Source: the human T2T-CHM13v2.0 reference genome, Homo sapiens
Strand: one strand, 5' to 3'
Assembly (NCBI RefSeq): GCF_009914755.1
Contig: NC_060937.1
Length of the DNA: 64,000 nucleotides
This document shows positions 13,666 through 27,087 of this stretch, one piece after another. Made by a program: the position numbers and the translations under genes. The first letter of the stretch is position 1; each line of letters starts with the position of its first letter. The notes under the pieces are model-generated. The model had not been told where the DNA came from. It did no database searches and saw only the letters and a list, made by a program, of their open reading frames with translations.

Positions 13666-14904
13666 TATGTGGAAAGTAAATTTCCTCTTTCTTGACACTC
13701 AGACTTCACTGAAAATGGCAAATCTCAAGCTAACGTATCTGTCATTCTTACAGGCATCTAATCAGTGTGCTTAGGATTCTCACAATCTTACAACTTTTTT
13801 TTTTTTAACATCATGTACATAGTTTTTTGTACGGCTGTGGGTAAAAGCCACAGGCAAACTCCATGTTGCATACAGCAAGCTGCTTGAGACTAATCTCTCT
13901 ACTACAAAGACCATTTTTGATTCCTTGGAGAAGCACTTCTCATTGGGCTAGATCATCTTAGTTATTACAGAAAAAGAGTAAAAACATGAAGAAGCAAACT
14001 AGAAGAGTCATTCTAGATACTAAAATCTAGAATTAAGGAAGAAGGTTGTGGTAGGCGTTGAAAACAAGCAATCCAACTGAAATCAACAGAATAATAATAT
14101 TCAGTGGAATTAGCATAGTTCCAAGATATGTTAAAGAGGGACTTATTTTGTGTTCTGATTCATAATGATGAGCATTAAGTAAAATGCAATGTGGTTTTTG
14201 TTGTGTGGCCTTTGGATAACGCATGACTGATGGTGTCAATGTACTGATAGAATTTATTCTTGCCCTCTGAGCACATGCCAGATCTTACATTCTGTCACGA
14301 GCTCATTTATTGTGCAATAGAATCTTCATCTTCAAAACTCTAGAGAGATTAAGATGCCTCACAGGTCAGAAAATTGTTGAACAGAACTGTTGATGTAATG
14401 TTTGAAGGATGTCCTGGGTACTAGAATGATGTCTTAACATATCATATTCAAACCTGACTATTTATTTTGTCAGTCAATTTTCTTTGGCTGGGGGAAAAAA
14501 AAACTAGCAACAGAAGAACCAATTTCCCCATGTGTGCATGCACGCTCACACGCCTGCAGATTGGTGTGGGTGTATGAAAGGGCACGCGGTTACAATAATA
14601 GGCACCAGGGAAAGCAAAGATAAATTGAAAATTAAAAACTTCTATTTAAGATAACAGATTTTGCCTATTTTCATACATTTGTGTTATCTGTTTATTCCCG
14701 GAAGCATGCTTTTCCTATTATCCTTCTAGTGCTTGCCTTCTAGTCCTTACTGATAACAACAATGATGGTGCCTTGCACGTGTTCAACACATTAGCGTTTT
14801 TGGAGCTTTTACACAATATTTTTTTTCTACCAAATAACTTGATGTTCTGTTTTTCCTGATTTCAAGTCAGAAGGCTGATATACAGGGGATTCAGAATTGA
14901 GATA

Positions 14905-14959
14905 CTGCTTTGGCCCCCCAAATTGATGGGATTACAGGCATGAGCCACTGTGCTCAGCC
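14905..14959 (-). mobile_element. Isolated Alu 5'-end fragment (~55 bp)
   Basis: ttggccccccaaattgatgggattacaggcatgagccactgtgctcagcc. Confidence 0.8.
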
Positions 14960-15134
14960 TTCTTTTACTAATTTGTAGAAGAATAAAGAATTTTACATAA
15001 CTTTCCTATTTATCCTATGCAAATTGAGCATACTTCCATTCCAGAGAGTTTATAATCAAAGTGATAACAGTAGTGCTGTTAAATATATTTATTAGAGAAC
15101 AAAAAAGAAATGAGGGGTCAGGTAAGCTTTTTAA

Positions 15135-15438
<304 letters not shown>

Positions 15439-15739
15439 GAAAAGGTAGTTGCTTTTTTGATATTTCTGCTTTCCTTGTCTGTGGCTAATGCATTTTTCCT
15501 TCAGTCCTCTACCCTCTCTAGTTGGAGGAGGTCAAGATAATTTTTAAATGACTAAGAGCAGCCCTGAAAAGATTGATAATTGTGTGAAGATGCGGAATAG
15601 CAGTGCAAACCATTTAGCAGTGTTGACAGAAGCAAAGGATGCAGGATTTTGTTCCCGTTATGGTTTTGAGGCTTTTGAGGCTCAGTTAATTATTTTTTCC
15701 ATTCACTGCCAGAGCTCTGTCTTCCTTTGGAGAGGGAGA

Positions 15740-15950
15740 GTGTAGTATTATAATGCAGTGGGCATAGGTTTTGGAATCAGACTGGCCGTGACTTGAGTAT
15801 GTATTTAAATCATCTACTCACTGCATCACTTGGAGCAAGTCATTTAACACTGAATCTCAGTTTCCTCATCTGTAAATTGAAAGCATAAAAGCTATGTTTA
15901 AATGTTGTTGTGAGAATCAGAAATAGTGCAAGCACAGTGCCTTGTACTAT
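15740..15950 (+). mobile_element. MIR SINE
   Basis: ttttggaatcagactgg...tctcagtttcctcatctgtaaattg...gttgttgtgagaat. Confidence 0.8.
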
Positions 15951-16377
15951 TTCTGATTCTTATAATAACACTTAAAAGTAGCCTAAATGTTAAATGCCTG
16001 TCACAAAGGCTGTCCTTAATAAATACTATTTTACTGCTTCCTTGAATTCTTTTCTATTAACATTTACTATCAACTTACTCTCACTCCATCTGCCACCCCT
16101 GCACAGGGCTCTGCTATCCCAGGGTCAGTGCTGATTGGCCCCTTGGTGAAAGAGGCAGCGATTTTGTTTAGCTGGGGTGAGAGACATACAGGAAACCACT
16201 TAACTGACTAAAATTAAAATCACATCTACCAAGATCTTAGCTTTGAAAGCAGAGACTTTCAAATGGTTAGAGAGCGGGTATGATGGCTAGACCAGGCAAC
16301 TCTGATCCTTTCCTTCTGAATTTTATCTTTTGGTGGGTGACATTTTCTTCCCAATGTTGTTTTAATGCTTTCCTTCA

Positions 16378-16790
<413 letters not shown>

Positions 16791-17094
16791 AGGGAAAAGC
16801 AAGAAACTCTCTATCCTGTTTCCAACTGTTCAGTAGCTTCCATTTGCAACGCCAAGGGATTAAGACACAGAATGGGGCTTATTATAAAGAGAGCAAGAGT
16901 GCTGGTTGATGTGCTCCCCAGGACCTCCACATTAAGTCAAAATCTGGCCTTGGAGTCCTAAAACACAATAGGCCCCTTGTGGCAGAAACATAGATGAGTC
17001 TTTAGGCCTTTCAATGCCCATCAGATGGCACTGAAGATAGAGTACCCACATTCATTATTCTGAAACTCACGTATGAGATTTCAAAAACCTTTCA

Positions 17095-17885
17095 CTGGAG
17101 ACTACCATTTTTGGCCAAGATTTAACAATAGGGACCAGATTTACCATCCTGCCTGAAACAACTAAAAACTCAGACAAAAATAGATGAAACAACAGTTTTC
17201 AAGACGTTAGGCATCAGGAAATGAATGAGATCTCTGATCACATAAACAGAATGTGATCACCAAGGGATGGGAGACAAGCAAAGTGCCTTCTACTCTTGCT
17301 TCAAATACTGCCTTGAAAGTTTTAGTCCATGGTGCAAGCAGGAGGAAACCAGGAAGATTCCCTGAGTTGAGCAGCCTGGACTAAGGGTTATAGAATAAGG
17401 CAGCTAGCATTTCAGGGCAGAGGGTAACGGAGAAAGGGTTTGTGCACAGGGAACCTCAGAAATCTACAGAGAGTCCTCCTTGAATATTCAGCAAAGAACC
17501 GAGCAGTGCTTGCATATGAGGAAAGAATTCAAGGCTGGGGAAAGAACAGTCAAAAAGAGTGCCCTGGAGCTCACACAAGTCCAGGAATTATCCCCATTCC
17601 CATCAGCCATACTAGAAAAACAAATAATGTATGGACATTGGCTAGGGTAAAAACAATAGGCTTATCTCAGCAGGGTGGAATAATCAGCCCTAGACTAAAC
17701 ATTGCTTTTTCTCACCTAGCAAATAATAAAATAATACCTCAAAGGATCAAACTATTTCCAAGTAAGTTAAGAGCTGCATCTCACAACAAAGTTTAAGAAT
17801 ATTTATAAGAAATATATTTAACCTAAAAGGTAAAATTCACAATATCTGGAATCCAGTAAAAGATTACAAAGCATACAAAAACTAA
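17095..17885 (+). mobile_element. Old L1M (L1MC/ME-type) 5' region
   Basis: ggccaagatttaacaatagggaccagattt...aggtaaaattcacaatatctggaatccagtaaaagattacaaagcata. Confidence 0.65.
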
Positions 17886-20366
17886 CCTTATTTCATTAGT
17901 AATTGAGACATGAAACAAACAAAAGCATCATACCTCTGAGATTATTTTGCTTTCTCCCTTTTCAGTCAACTAGTCTGCTTGTTAAAATAACTTTGTCTGA
18001 GAATGTAAGCTGGTTTTATCTTTGCTTGCTTTATATGTCTTCTATACTTAACACATAAAATTAATCAGGCAATTGAAAAAATTTGTTTTCATATTTACAA
18101 AGAGATCTGTTTGACCTCAATATAATCACTTTTTTTTTTTTTTTTTACAGACAGAAATAAATGAAAGTGTTTGAAGTTTTTATCTAACTTTGCTTTTTCT
18201 TTAAGTCTTCCTTAGGACTTTAAGACAAGAACAATCAAGCCAAACAAAAATAATGTGCATCAGTAGTAAAGATAGAACTCTTGTAGTTCTCCTCTAAAAC
18301 ACTACTCTCACTACCCCATTGTTCTATAAGACTGTTAATTTTCATAAGAATGATCAATTGCCATTTGTTAGTTTAAAACAGTTGAAATAAAGCCTGAAGT
18401 TTGGACCTGAAACACAGTCTCAAGCTTTCAGGGAAATTCATTGGGAAGTTCTCAGTGTTTAGATCAGAGGTTTCAAAATTCAAATGACCTTAGAGTGTCT
18501 GTGTAATTACTGCTTTTTTATTTCTCATTCACTACTTATTTCATTCTCCATGTGAATTCCCTTTTTAAGTCTGTTTCGTACTTCGCCTCTTGGACACAGT
18601 GATACCAATTGCCAGGAAACTCCCTGCCTTCTACATTCTTTTTAATTCTTTTCAAAAGAGCAAACTATTTCTCTTCACTTTGATTCTGGAAACTCTCCTC
18701 TGGTTGCATGTCTTTCTGATTGATTCCTAACAACCCAGTCAAATCTTGGCTGGTGGTTAAGTTTATAAACAGAAATTGAGAAGACTTACCAAATGTAAGT
18801 GAGCTGACTGATCCAGATCTTACCCTGGCCATGTGAAAATTAACTAGCCTCAGGAAAAGAACAGTCCTTTATTTGTCTTTGATTACCTAGCACTATGATT
18901 GATATATCACATATATATTCAAAAGGGTTAGTGAGTTTCTGGAAAAAATATCAATATAAGAGCAAGCAAAAAATCTCCTCTTATAGAAACTACCTATGAT
19001 GACTAAAAACAAATGCATACAGGGGAAAAACTTGTATTAGTGCTGAAACTAGAGAATACTGCCAACCACATGACAACATCCCTGAGAAATCTCTGCTAAG
19101 TGTGATCTGCCTGGTACGATGTTGAAGGAAGTTATAAAGGGTCAGTTTATAATTCTCTTTCCCCAATGAAGTGGTGATTCTAGGAAGAATTCTAGGAAGT
19201 ATATAGCGTCCTGGAAGAAGACCATAAACACCCCTCCTTTTGAGAGTCCAGGAATAGAGGTCAGGGGTATCACGGAAAACCAAGGTTCACATCACTTTAA
19301 GCCAATTTTATCTTCACAGATACAGACACTCAGGGGTGTCAGCACAGCGACTGGAAAAGCAATCGCTGCTGTGGTAAACAGGAAGTATCTGAACAGTAGG
19401 ATGCTTCCCTTGAAGATTCAGTAATTAGAGGGTGCAATGAAAATAGCGCTCTCCAACTCAACAGACAGAAACACTAGAAATAAGGCTAGACGCAATTAGT
19501 CCATATATCTGAAGTAGAGGCCAGAACAGGTAATCAGATATAGATATAGAGATGCAAAAGTTAAGATACACAAAGGAAAAGCATGAAGAAACTTACTTCC
19601 TCAGCCTAGTTCATTTCCCACTGTCCTTAGGCTCCTGAATATTTAAAGTTATTAAAACTATATTATAGACTCTAGATTAATTCAAAATGAGACTAAAAAC
19701 CTTAGAGTATTATCTAAGAGGAGAATTAGCAGATACCTAGGTAGGTTGTAAGAGATCTACAAGAAGATATAACCATACTATTTGTAAACAAAGATCAGAT
19801 ATAAGAATGACTAGTCTTATTAAGGATAAAAATGGAAATGGAAAAAATTAGATTTCCCCCCGCCACCAAGGATTCTGTATCTAAGAATTCCAAACTCAAC
19901 TAGATAAATTGTGAAGGTTGCATAGGCAGATTTACCTACATTGTTTTTGAACAAATGTCAGGTATAAGAAATACTGCTCTTATTAAAAATGAAATGAAAA
20001 GGGAAAAAATGAGATTTTGGGGAAAAGATTTTGTATTATAAAAGAACGAGATAATTATGGCAAGCTAAACAGAGGAAGAACATATTTTTAAAATATGTAC
20101 TACAAGCAAGAAAATAAGCTTTAGACAGCATTTGCTTTGTACTCTCAAGTTAATGAAAGAAAATAGGGCCTCTTTGGAAAATAAAAAGAGATAAAATAAC
20201 AGATTTTAGTAAAGAAAGATCTGGTAGTGCTGAGGAAAGGATTCAAGGAAATGGAAAACTAGAACATGCAATTAGCAAAATTAAAAATAATGTGAGATGC
20301 TATAGAGAGTGGAATGGATTTCAATGAAAATGGATCAGTGATATGTATATCAAGATTTTGAGGCTT

Positions 20367-20711
20367 TGTCTACTCAAACTGTAAAAACACTATAGACTGG
20401 GTGGCTTAAACAACAGACATTTATTTTTTACAGTTCTGGAGTCTGGCAAGTCCAAGATCAAGGTGCCTGCATATTTGGTTCCTGATGAGAGCTGTCTTCC
20501 TTACTTGCACATGGCCACCTTCTCACTGTATCCTACATAGTCTAGTTCCTCTTCCTCTTCTTATAAGGACACTAATCCCACCATGGGGGCCCCATCCTCA
20601 TGACTTCACCTACACTTGAGTATCTTTCAAAGGCCCCATCTTCAAATACCATCACATTGAACATCAGGGCATTAACACAGGAATTTTTGGGGACACAAAC
20701 AGTCCATTACA
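20367..20711 (-). mobile_element. MLT1A0/MLT1B MaLR solo LTR
   Basis: agactgggtggcttaaacaacagacatttatt...cagttctggag...aagtccaagatcaagg. TG..CA ends with 5-bp TSD ggctt/ggctc. Confidence 0.85.
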
Positions 20712-21540
20712 GGCTCTATTTTAAAGCAAAGAAGGAGGATAAAAAGAGGGATATGATTAAAGACAAGATCATAGATAGAGATATGAAGGACATCTAATGA
20801 AGACCTAACACACAGATAATTTGGTGTTTCTTATGATGTGAACAAAGTATGAATCAGTTTGATGGGGTAATTCAGATGCATAGTAAAGAACAATCCTTAA
20901 CCAAAACAAGTCCTGAACCAGTGGGTTGAATGGGCCCACTCTGTAACAGAGTTAACAAAAATGGATAAAAATCCAGACGTAGCTAAGGTTTGGAATTTTG
21001 AGAGACCTATGATAATCCAGGGAGGAAAAAATATTACCAGTAAAGGAGGAGAATGTTTAACTGGTCTCAGACTTGAAATATTAGGTACCAAAAAATAATG
21101 AAGCAATACCTAAGGTGTTTAAGGGGGTTTTGAGACTCATCCCTTCTACCACCTGTCAAAGCAGGTGGTTTTTATTTATAAAGACAATGAAAACAATCCC
21201 AGACATATAAGGACTCTCGTAGTATTCATTCTTCATACTTTATCATAAAAAATTTACTAAAAGTTTAATCCACTGGAATACAATTTAAAGAATTGTAAGT
21301 CAGGAAGTCACAATGCCAGAGGAATAATAGTAAATACAGAAACTACTTGAAAATAGAATTAATTTTAAATAAATATAAATATGATTTGAAAAAAAGATGC
21401 AGATGTTAACATTTTAAAAAGAGAAGGTATAGAATGCAGCAGAAAACCAACAATGACAATAAAATATGATAATCTCAAATCATACTAAAAGAAGAAAATA
21501 TGGGAAAAAAAGAGCAAGGGAAGAAGTTGATGAGTGTATT

Positions 21541-21778
21541 GGGGCAATCTCAGCTCACTGCAAACTGCCTCCCAGGTTCAAGTGATTCTCATACCTCAGC
21601 TTCCCAAGTAGCTGAGACCACAGATGTGTGTCACCATGCCAGGCTAATTTTTGTTTTTAGTAGAGATGGGGTTTTACCATGTTGGCCAGGCTGGTCTCAA
21701 ACTCCTGGCCTCAAGCAGTCGGCCCGCCTTAGCCTCCCAAAGTGCTGGGATTACAAGTGTGGGCCACAGTGCCCATCA
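21541..21778 (-). mobile_element. AluS lacking its 3' end and poly-A tail
   Basis: Alu body from gcaatctcagctcactgcaa to gccacagtgccc. Flanked by gatgagtgtatt / gatgggtgtatt. Confidence 0.9.
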
Positions 21779-22626
21779 GATGGGTGTATTTCTTAACCCT
21801 ATATAGGAAAGAGAAAATTTTTAAAAAATCAATTGATATAGTACTTAGAAAAATACAGGCTTACACTTTGTTTTTTACAACCTTAAAAGTTATCACCAAT
21901 AAAAATAAAAGCAAACTATGTAACCTTCAAATTAGTGGAGAAGCAAAATAAAGCAAAAAATAAAAAGTAATTAGAAGATAAAAACGCGTAAAACAAATTA
22001 TCAGAAATGAGGCCAACCATGCTTGACATGGTAATAATTATAAATGGCATAAAGTTAATTTGATAAAACATATATCAGATTGGCTCCCAAACAAAAATGG
22101 AACTATATACTATCAAGAAGAGACACACCTAAAATGCAGTGCCTCAGAAAAACTACAATTACAAGAATGAACAAAATATTCTCTAGAAATGAAAATGTAA
22201 GGAAAGTTGGGCTGCAATATTTTAGGAAGATGTGGATTTTAAAATATACAATATTATATTTATCATAGGTAGAACAGTATGTTATAATAAAGGGAATTAC
22301 CAAAAAGTGAAAGTACAATTTTCATCAACCTGCATGTACAGAATATCACAGCTTAACAATAGAGAAACTAAAAAATGAGGAATGTATGGAGAAACATGAA
22401 AAGATAAAAATAAAACATAACCAAATAAAAAGATAATAGATACATTTTAAAAAGAGTATGTGATTAAAAAACCTGAGCTGCTCAATCTCATATCAGATTA
22501 TAAAAGATGAAAGATAGCTAGTTGCACATGTATTTAAGGATGTGGTGAAATGTTTCTTTTCAAATACCTCGAACTGTTAAAATCTTTCTGTTGGCAATTT
22601 TGGCAAAATGCATCAAAATTATTTCA

Positions 22627-22832
22627 AAAAGTAGAGCGACTACAGTTAGCAACAATATATTGTATATTTTAACGTAGCTAGAAAACTTGGATTGTTCCCA
22701 ACACATAGAAATGATACATACTGGAGGTGATGGATACCTCAAATACCCTGACTTGGTCATTACAAATTCTATGCATGTAATGAAAAATCATATGTACCCA
22801 ATAAACATGTAAAATATTATATATCAAAAAAT
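22627..22832 (+). mobile_element. L1MA-type 3' end fragment
   Basis: tgttcccaacacatagaaatgata...ggtgatggatacctcaaataccctgacttggtcattac. Confidence 0.8.
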
Positions 22833-23279
22833 ATTTTAATCATCAATACTTTTAATCCACTTGTACTATATCTAAAAAGTTATCTAAAGTAATAGGACAT
22901 ATGCCTGGATAGATGTAAACATTCACAAGAGTGCTAAGATTCCTATCTTCCAAGAAATATACTGGTTTGAATCAAAAGATTTAAATGCTAAGCTAAAACA
23001 TCCTCCCCAAATGCTAGAAGAAGATATAGAAGAATCTTTAACCTTTAAAAGAGTTCGAAGTGAATTACATATCCAATAAGAAAAGACTGTTCCAGGTGTA
23101 TGGACTTTTCCCTTTTCTGTTTTCCTTGCCTGGAGCTCTGGCCTCCCTGTCTTCATCCAGATTTCTTACTTCCACTTCACTCAAGTATCAGCTCCAAAGT
23201 TCCCTTCCCTTCCCACCGTATATAAAAACCTGGCCCCTATCTGACCCTGTCCTGCTGTGCAACATCACATGTTCTAAAT

Positions 23280-23805
23280 ATAAACTTAAAAGTACATATG
23301 TTGGATAAATTCCTGGAATTTCCTAGGTTTAATGTATACAAATTTAAACTACCTTTGTGGTGATTGTCAAGGTCCTCTCCAAACAATTGTAACGATTTGT
23401 GCTTTCTACAACAATGTACTAGACTGCTTGTTTCTTTCTATGGTACCTGTGGTAGATGATGTTACTCTTTTAAATCTTTTTAAACTTCTAGGTGAAAAAC
23501 GGCATCTAACTGTTTTAATGCACTTTGATTATGAGTGAGATAAACATCTTTATAGAAGTCTTGGCTGTTGTGTTTCTTTTTTCTGTGAGCTGTCTATTCC
23601 TGCTGTTTATTCATTTCTCTATTGTGCTGCTCATCTTTTTAAGTCCATTTATAAAAGCTATATACACATTAAGGAAATAAGTTGTTCATTATCTGTGACT
23701 GTGTGTCCCCCTCCCGACCTCCATTTATTTGTCACTTGCCTTTTGACTTTATATATTTATTTCTATAAAAAAGTCTTAAGTTTTTTGTAGTCAAATTTTT
23801 ATTGG
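23280..23805 (-). mobile_element. Old L1ME 3' fragment
   Basis: ggataaattcctggaatt...taggtgaaaaacggcatctaactgttttaatgcactttgatt. Confidence 0.6.
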
Positions 23806-24729
23806 CAGGACATTTTAATATTCTAGAAATTTCTGTGATCTTTACAGTATTCTGCACTACTCTTTCCTACCTTGTCACCATTAAATAGCTTCATACCTGC
23901 GCAGTATACCTCTTGACTGGAAAAAAAATAATCCCAGAAGGCGGCAGAATTCCATGTTGAGCTGAATCTGTGTTCAACGGTGGGATTCATACCTATTTGA
24001 AAGACTGTTTGAGGGTCCTACCATGAAGACTTGAGGTTTTCCTCTTGGAAAATAACATGATCTAGCAAGGGAAGTTTAGACCAACAAACTTGGCCCTAAA
24101 ATAGGCCTCAGTTTCCAGAAGGGAAGAACCCACTTCCCTTGGGACTCATTTCTGGGTCATAAAGGGATGATTTTATGAGCAAAAATCCCTATTATTACTG
24201 TAGCCTGCAGGAGGGGAAAGTAGCACTGTTTGGGTATGTGTTTTTCTAATAGTATGTAACATAAATGGTGAAAGAAAGCATTCTCTTATTCTGAGAACAT
24301 TGCATAATTCTGATGCCCATCAAGGGCTCCAGAGCATTGGCAGCCTTGGCAGGGGTATTTGCAAATGATTACAGCTTGCTCTGTGCTTGGCTGAAGCAGC
24401 TGCGATAAGGGGAAGCAAGATTTCTTACTGGAGGGGACAATGGGATGTTACATGCGATGACAACACCACAAATTACAAATTACACTGATCTTGGAAGATG
24501 GTTGGTGATAACCTGGAGGGTGAGTAAGAGGGAAGAATCTAGAAATAGAGAAAGAAAGGGAGCTAACACTAGATTTAGCCATCTTTATGGAAAAGTTTGA
24601 ATGATTTACACATAAGACAACCAAGCTTGAGAAAAGTAGTTCATTTTAAATAGAATTTTAAAAACTTAAACACTAAGGCTATTGTGGACTATGTGAGAAA
24701 AAGATACTGGGAAAGGAAATAAAAGGAAA

Positions 24730-25090
24730 GGTATTAGTCCATTTCCACTCTGCTAATAAAGACATACCTGAGAGTAGGCAATTTACAAAAGAAAAAGGTT
24801 TAATGGACTTACAGTTCCACATGGCTGGGGAGGCCTCACAGTCATGGTGGAAGGCAAGGAGGAATAAGTCACATCTTACGTGGATGGCAGCAGGCAAAGA
24901 GGGAGAGCTTGTGCAGGGAATTCCTCTTTATAAAACCATCAGATCTCATGAAACTTATTCACTGTCACGAGAACAGCATGAGAAAGACCTGCTCCCATGG
25001 TAATTGAATAATTACCTCTCATCAGGTCCCTCCCACAACACGTGGGAATTCAAGATGAGATTTGGGTGGGGACACAGCCAAACCATATCA
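24730..25090 (-). mobile_element. THE1 (THE1B-like) MaLR solo LTR
   Basis: gtattagtccattt...gagatttgggtggggacacagccaaaccatatca. 5-bp TSD ggaaa (24725-24729 / 25091-25095). Confidence 0.93.
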
Positions 25091-26693
25091 GGAAATCGAA
25101 GGCACCTCATAAAAATGTGGTTGAAATGTCAGATGAAATAAGGGAAAGTACCATCAAAATGATCATAAGCTAACTTCATAATGTTGCATGAGCCTGAAAT
25201 TATTTAAAGTATGATCACTGTTGTCATGTTTGCTTTGATTTTGTTGTTGTTTTTTGTCTAGCCAGAGTTCTGAATATGAGTGAGAGTGCTGATGACTCTT
25301 GGGCCAACTCTCACTCGACAAGAAGGCAGGACAGGAGCCATCCACCACCTCAATCTGCACTTCATGTTGATTCTGGGGTGGCAGCATGTGCAGACCTGGT
25401 GTTGAAGGGCATCCAGTGCTCTGAGAGGGTCTATCCCATCAGTCTTCCATTTGACAGCCAGTATGGATAAAGCAAGATGCTTCAAGCAGGCAGTATATAT
25501 AGACCCAGATAAAGGGGAGTAAGAAGTCACTGTAAGCCATTCTAAGTGTCACCCAATAGGTTACAAGCTCCCTGAGATCATAGACTGTACGTTGTTTTTT
25601 TTCTTTTTAAATTATCATTCTTATACTGTGCCTGGCAAAGTGTAGGTTTTCAATACACATTTGGTGAACTGATGACAGAATTCATTCATGGCAGTACAGC
25701 ACAAACACTAGGAAGCCCTCCCTGAAGAGCAAGGCCGTCGGAAACCAAGCCTTGGCTGACATTGTAAAGAACCAGGGTGTGGCCACCTCTAGAACTCAAC
25801 TCCTGTTTTGCTGTCAATAAAGGCAGGATGAAAGTGGATAAGTTTGCACTAAAATGCTATAAGATTGATTCTTTTCTGTAATGCAAATGAGATTAGGAGG
25901 ATATGCTATGATTGAATTTTACATAATCACAATCTTGTTATTAGATAGAATGTCAACCTCTTTATCAAATCTGGGAAGCCAAGAAGTAGGATCACTTCAT
26001 ATAACTTAAAATAAGTAGTTTTAAATATATAGAGTAAGTAGTAAATTTATGGAAGTCATTATCTAAGATATAGTGTGGTTAAGAAAGAGGAAGGTTTAGT
26101 CAAATAGTTAAAAAACTAATTTGTATAATTTTTAAGAAAAATCTAAGACATTTGAAATATATTACTAAGTGTTTTAAGGTTTATTATTGAGTTCAAAATA
26201 AGTTTACATAAATTTGTAGATAAAGACTCAAAAGGTAGTTAAGAAAGGATGTGGCTGAGTGCCAGCTAGGGAGCCAAAGCGCCTCAATTCAATGCCCTAC
26301 TCCGTGATCAATGGCTTTGAGTAAAGTGGCTTAATGCTTTTTACCTGAGCTCCCTGATCAGTAGTACTGGGATAATGTACCATTTTTATAAGGACACATA
26401 TATGGCATTATGAAACATTGTCTAGAGTGTAGTAAAGATTTAATAGATATTAGCTATTAATAAAGAAAACCAGATTGCTTGAGGTATAATCTTTTTTTAA
26501 AAGAATTATAATAACTGGTTGACATTCTCTCACAAAATTTTCCTCTGAAGTAGAGATGAAAGATAAAATAAAAACAAGACTTGGCCAGCATGAGTGATGC
26601 CATTTCTGCTCTGATCTTGCTCATTAAATAGCTTAATTTCTCACATCCCGTGAACAGGGTATAACAGCTCAATGGGTAGTGAAAGGTCAGGTG

Positions 26694-26888
26694 TAGAGTC
26701 ACCATCATTAGCAAATAAAACTACAGAATGCTCAGTTAAATTTGAATTTTAGATAAATTATAAATGTTTTGGTATAAGTGTACCCCATGCAATATTTCGA
26801 ACATAGTCATGTTATGCTAAAATAATTATTTGTTGCGTATTCGAAATTCAAATTTAATTAGGTATCCTGTATTTTATCTGGCAGTACA
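26694..26888. mobile_element. MER53 palindromic hAT MITE
   Basis: ttagcaaataaaactacagaatgctcagttaaatttgaatt...aattcaaatttaattaggtatcctgtattttatctggca. 8-bp TSD gtcaggtg/atcaggtg. Confidence 0.85.
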
Positions 26889-27037
26889 ATCAGGTGTGCA
26901 GCTAAAGCACTCAGGCAGTGTCTGCAGGTTTATGAGGACATCACATCTTTGGAAGACTGAGTCTCATCCTCAAGACCTAATATAATCCTATTTTTTCCAT
27001 TCTGAACCATATTTTACTCACATCCCTGCCCACATCC

Positions 27038-27087
27038 GTTTTTTTTTTGTTTGTTTGTTTGTTTTTTGTTTTTTTGTTTTTTTTTTT
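27038..27087. repeat. (TTTG)n / poly-T low-complexity tract
   Basis: Direct reading. Confidence 0.9.

Larger units (their letters stand above)
19850..22500 (+). mobile_element. Highly decayed L1ME-type element (ORF1 into ORF2 endonuclease region), interrupted by MLT1A and Alu
   Basis: A-rich sense strand with endonuclease-region remnants: atcagattggctcccaaacaaaa...ctatcaagaagagacacacctaaaatgc, tcaacctgcatgtac. Confidence 0.55.

Noticed and set aside
16131-16140. Perfect NF-Y CCAAT box (ctgattggcc); isolated AP-1 (7651) and octamer (25881) sites
   Set aside because: Single motifs are expected by chance in 64 kb, and there is no CpG island or other promoter context.
18129-18150. Poly-T followed by acag as a splice acceptor
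   Set aside because: No convincing donor follows within exon distance, so it is likely a simple poly-T.
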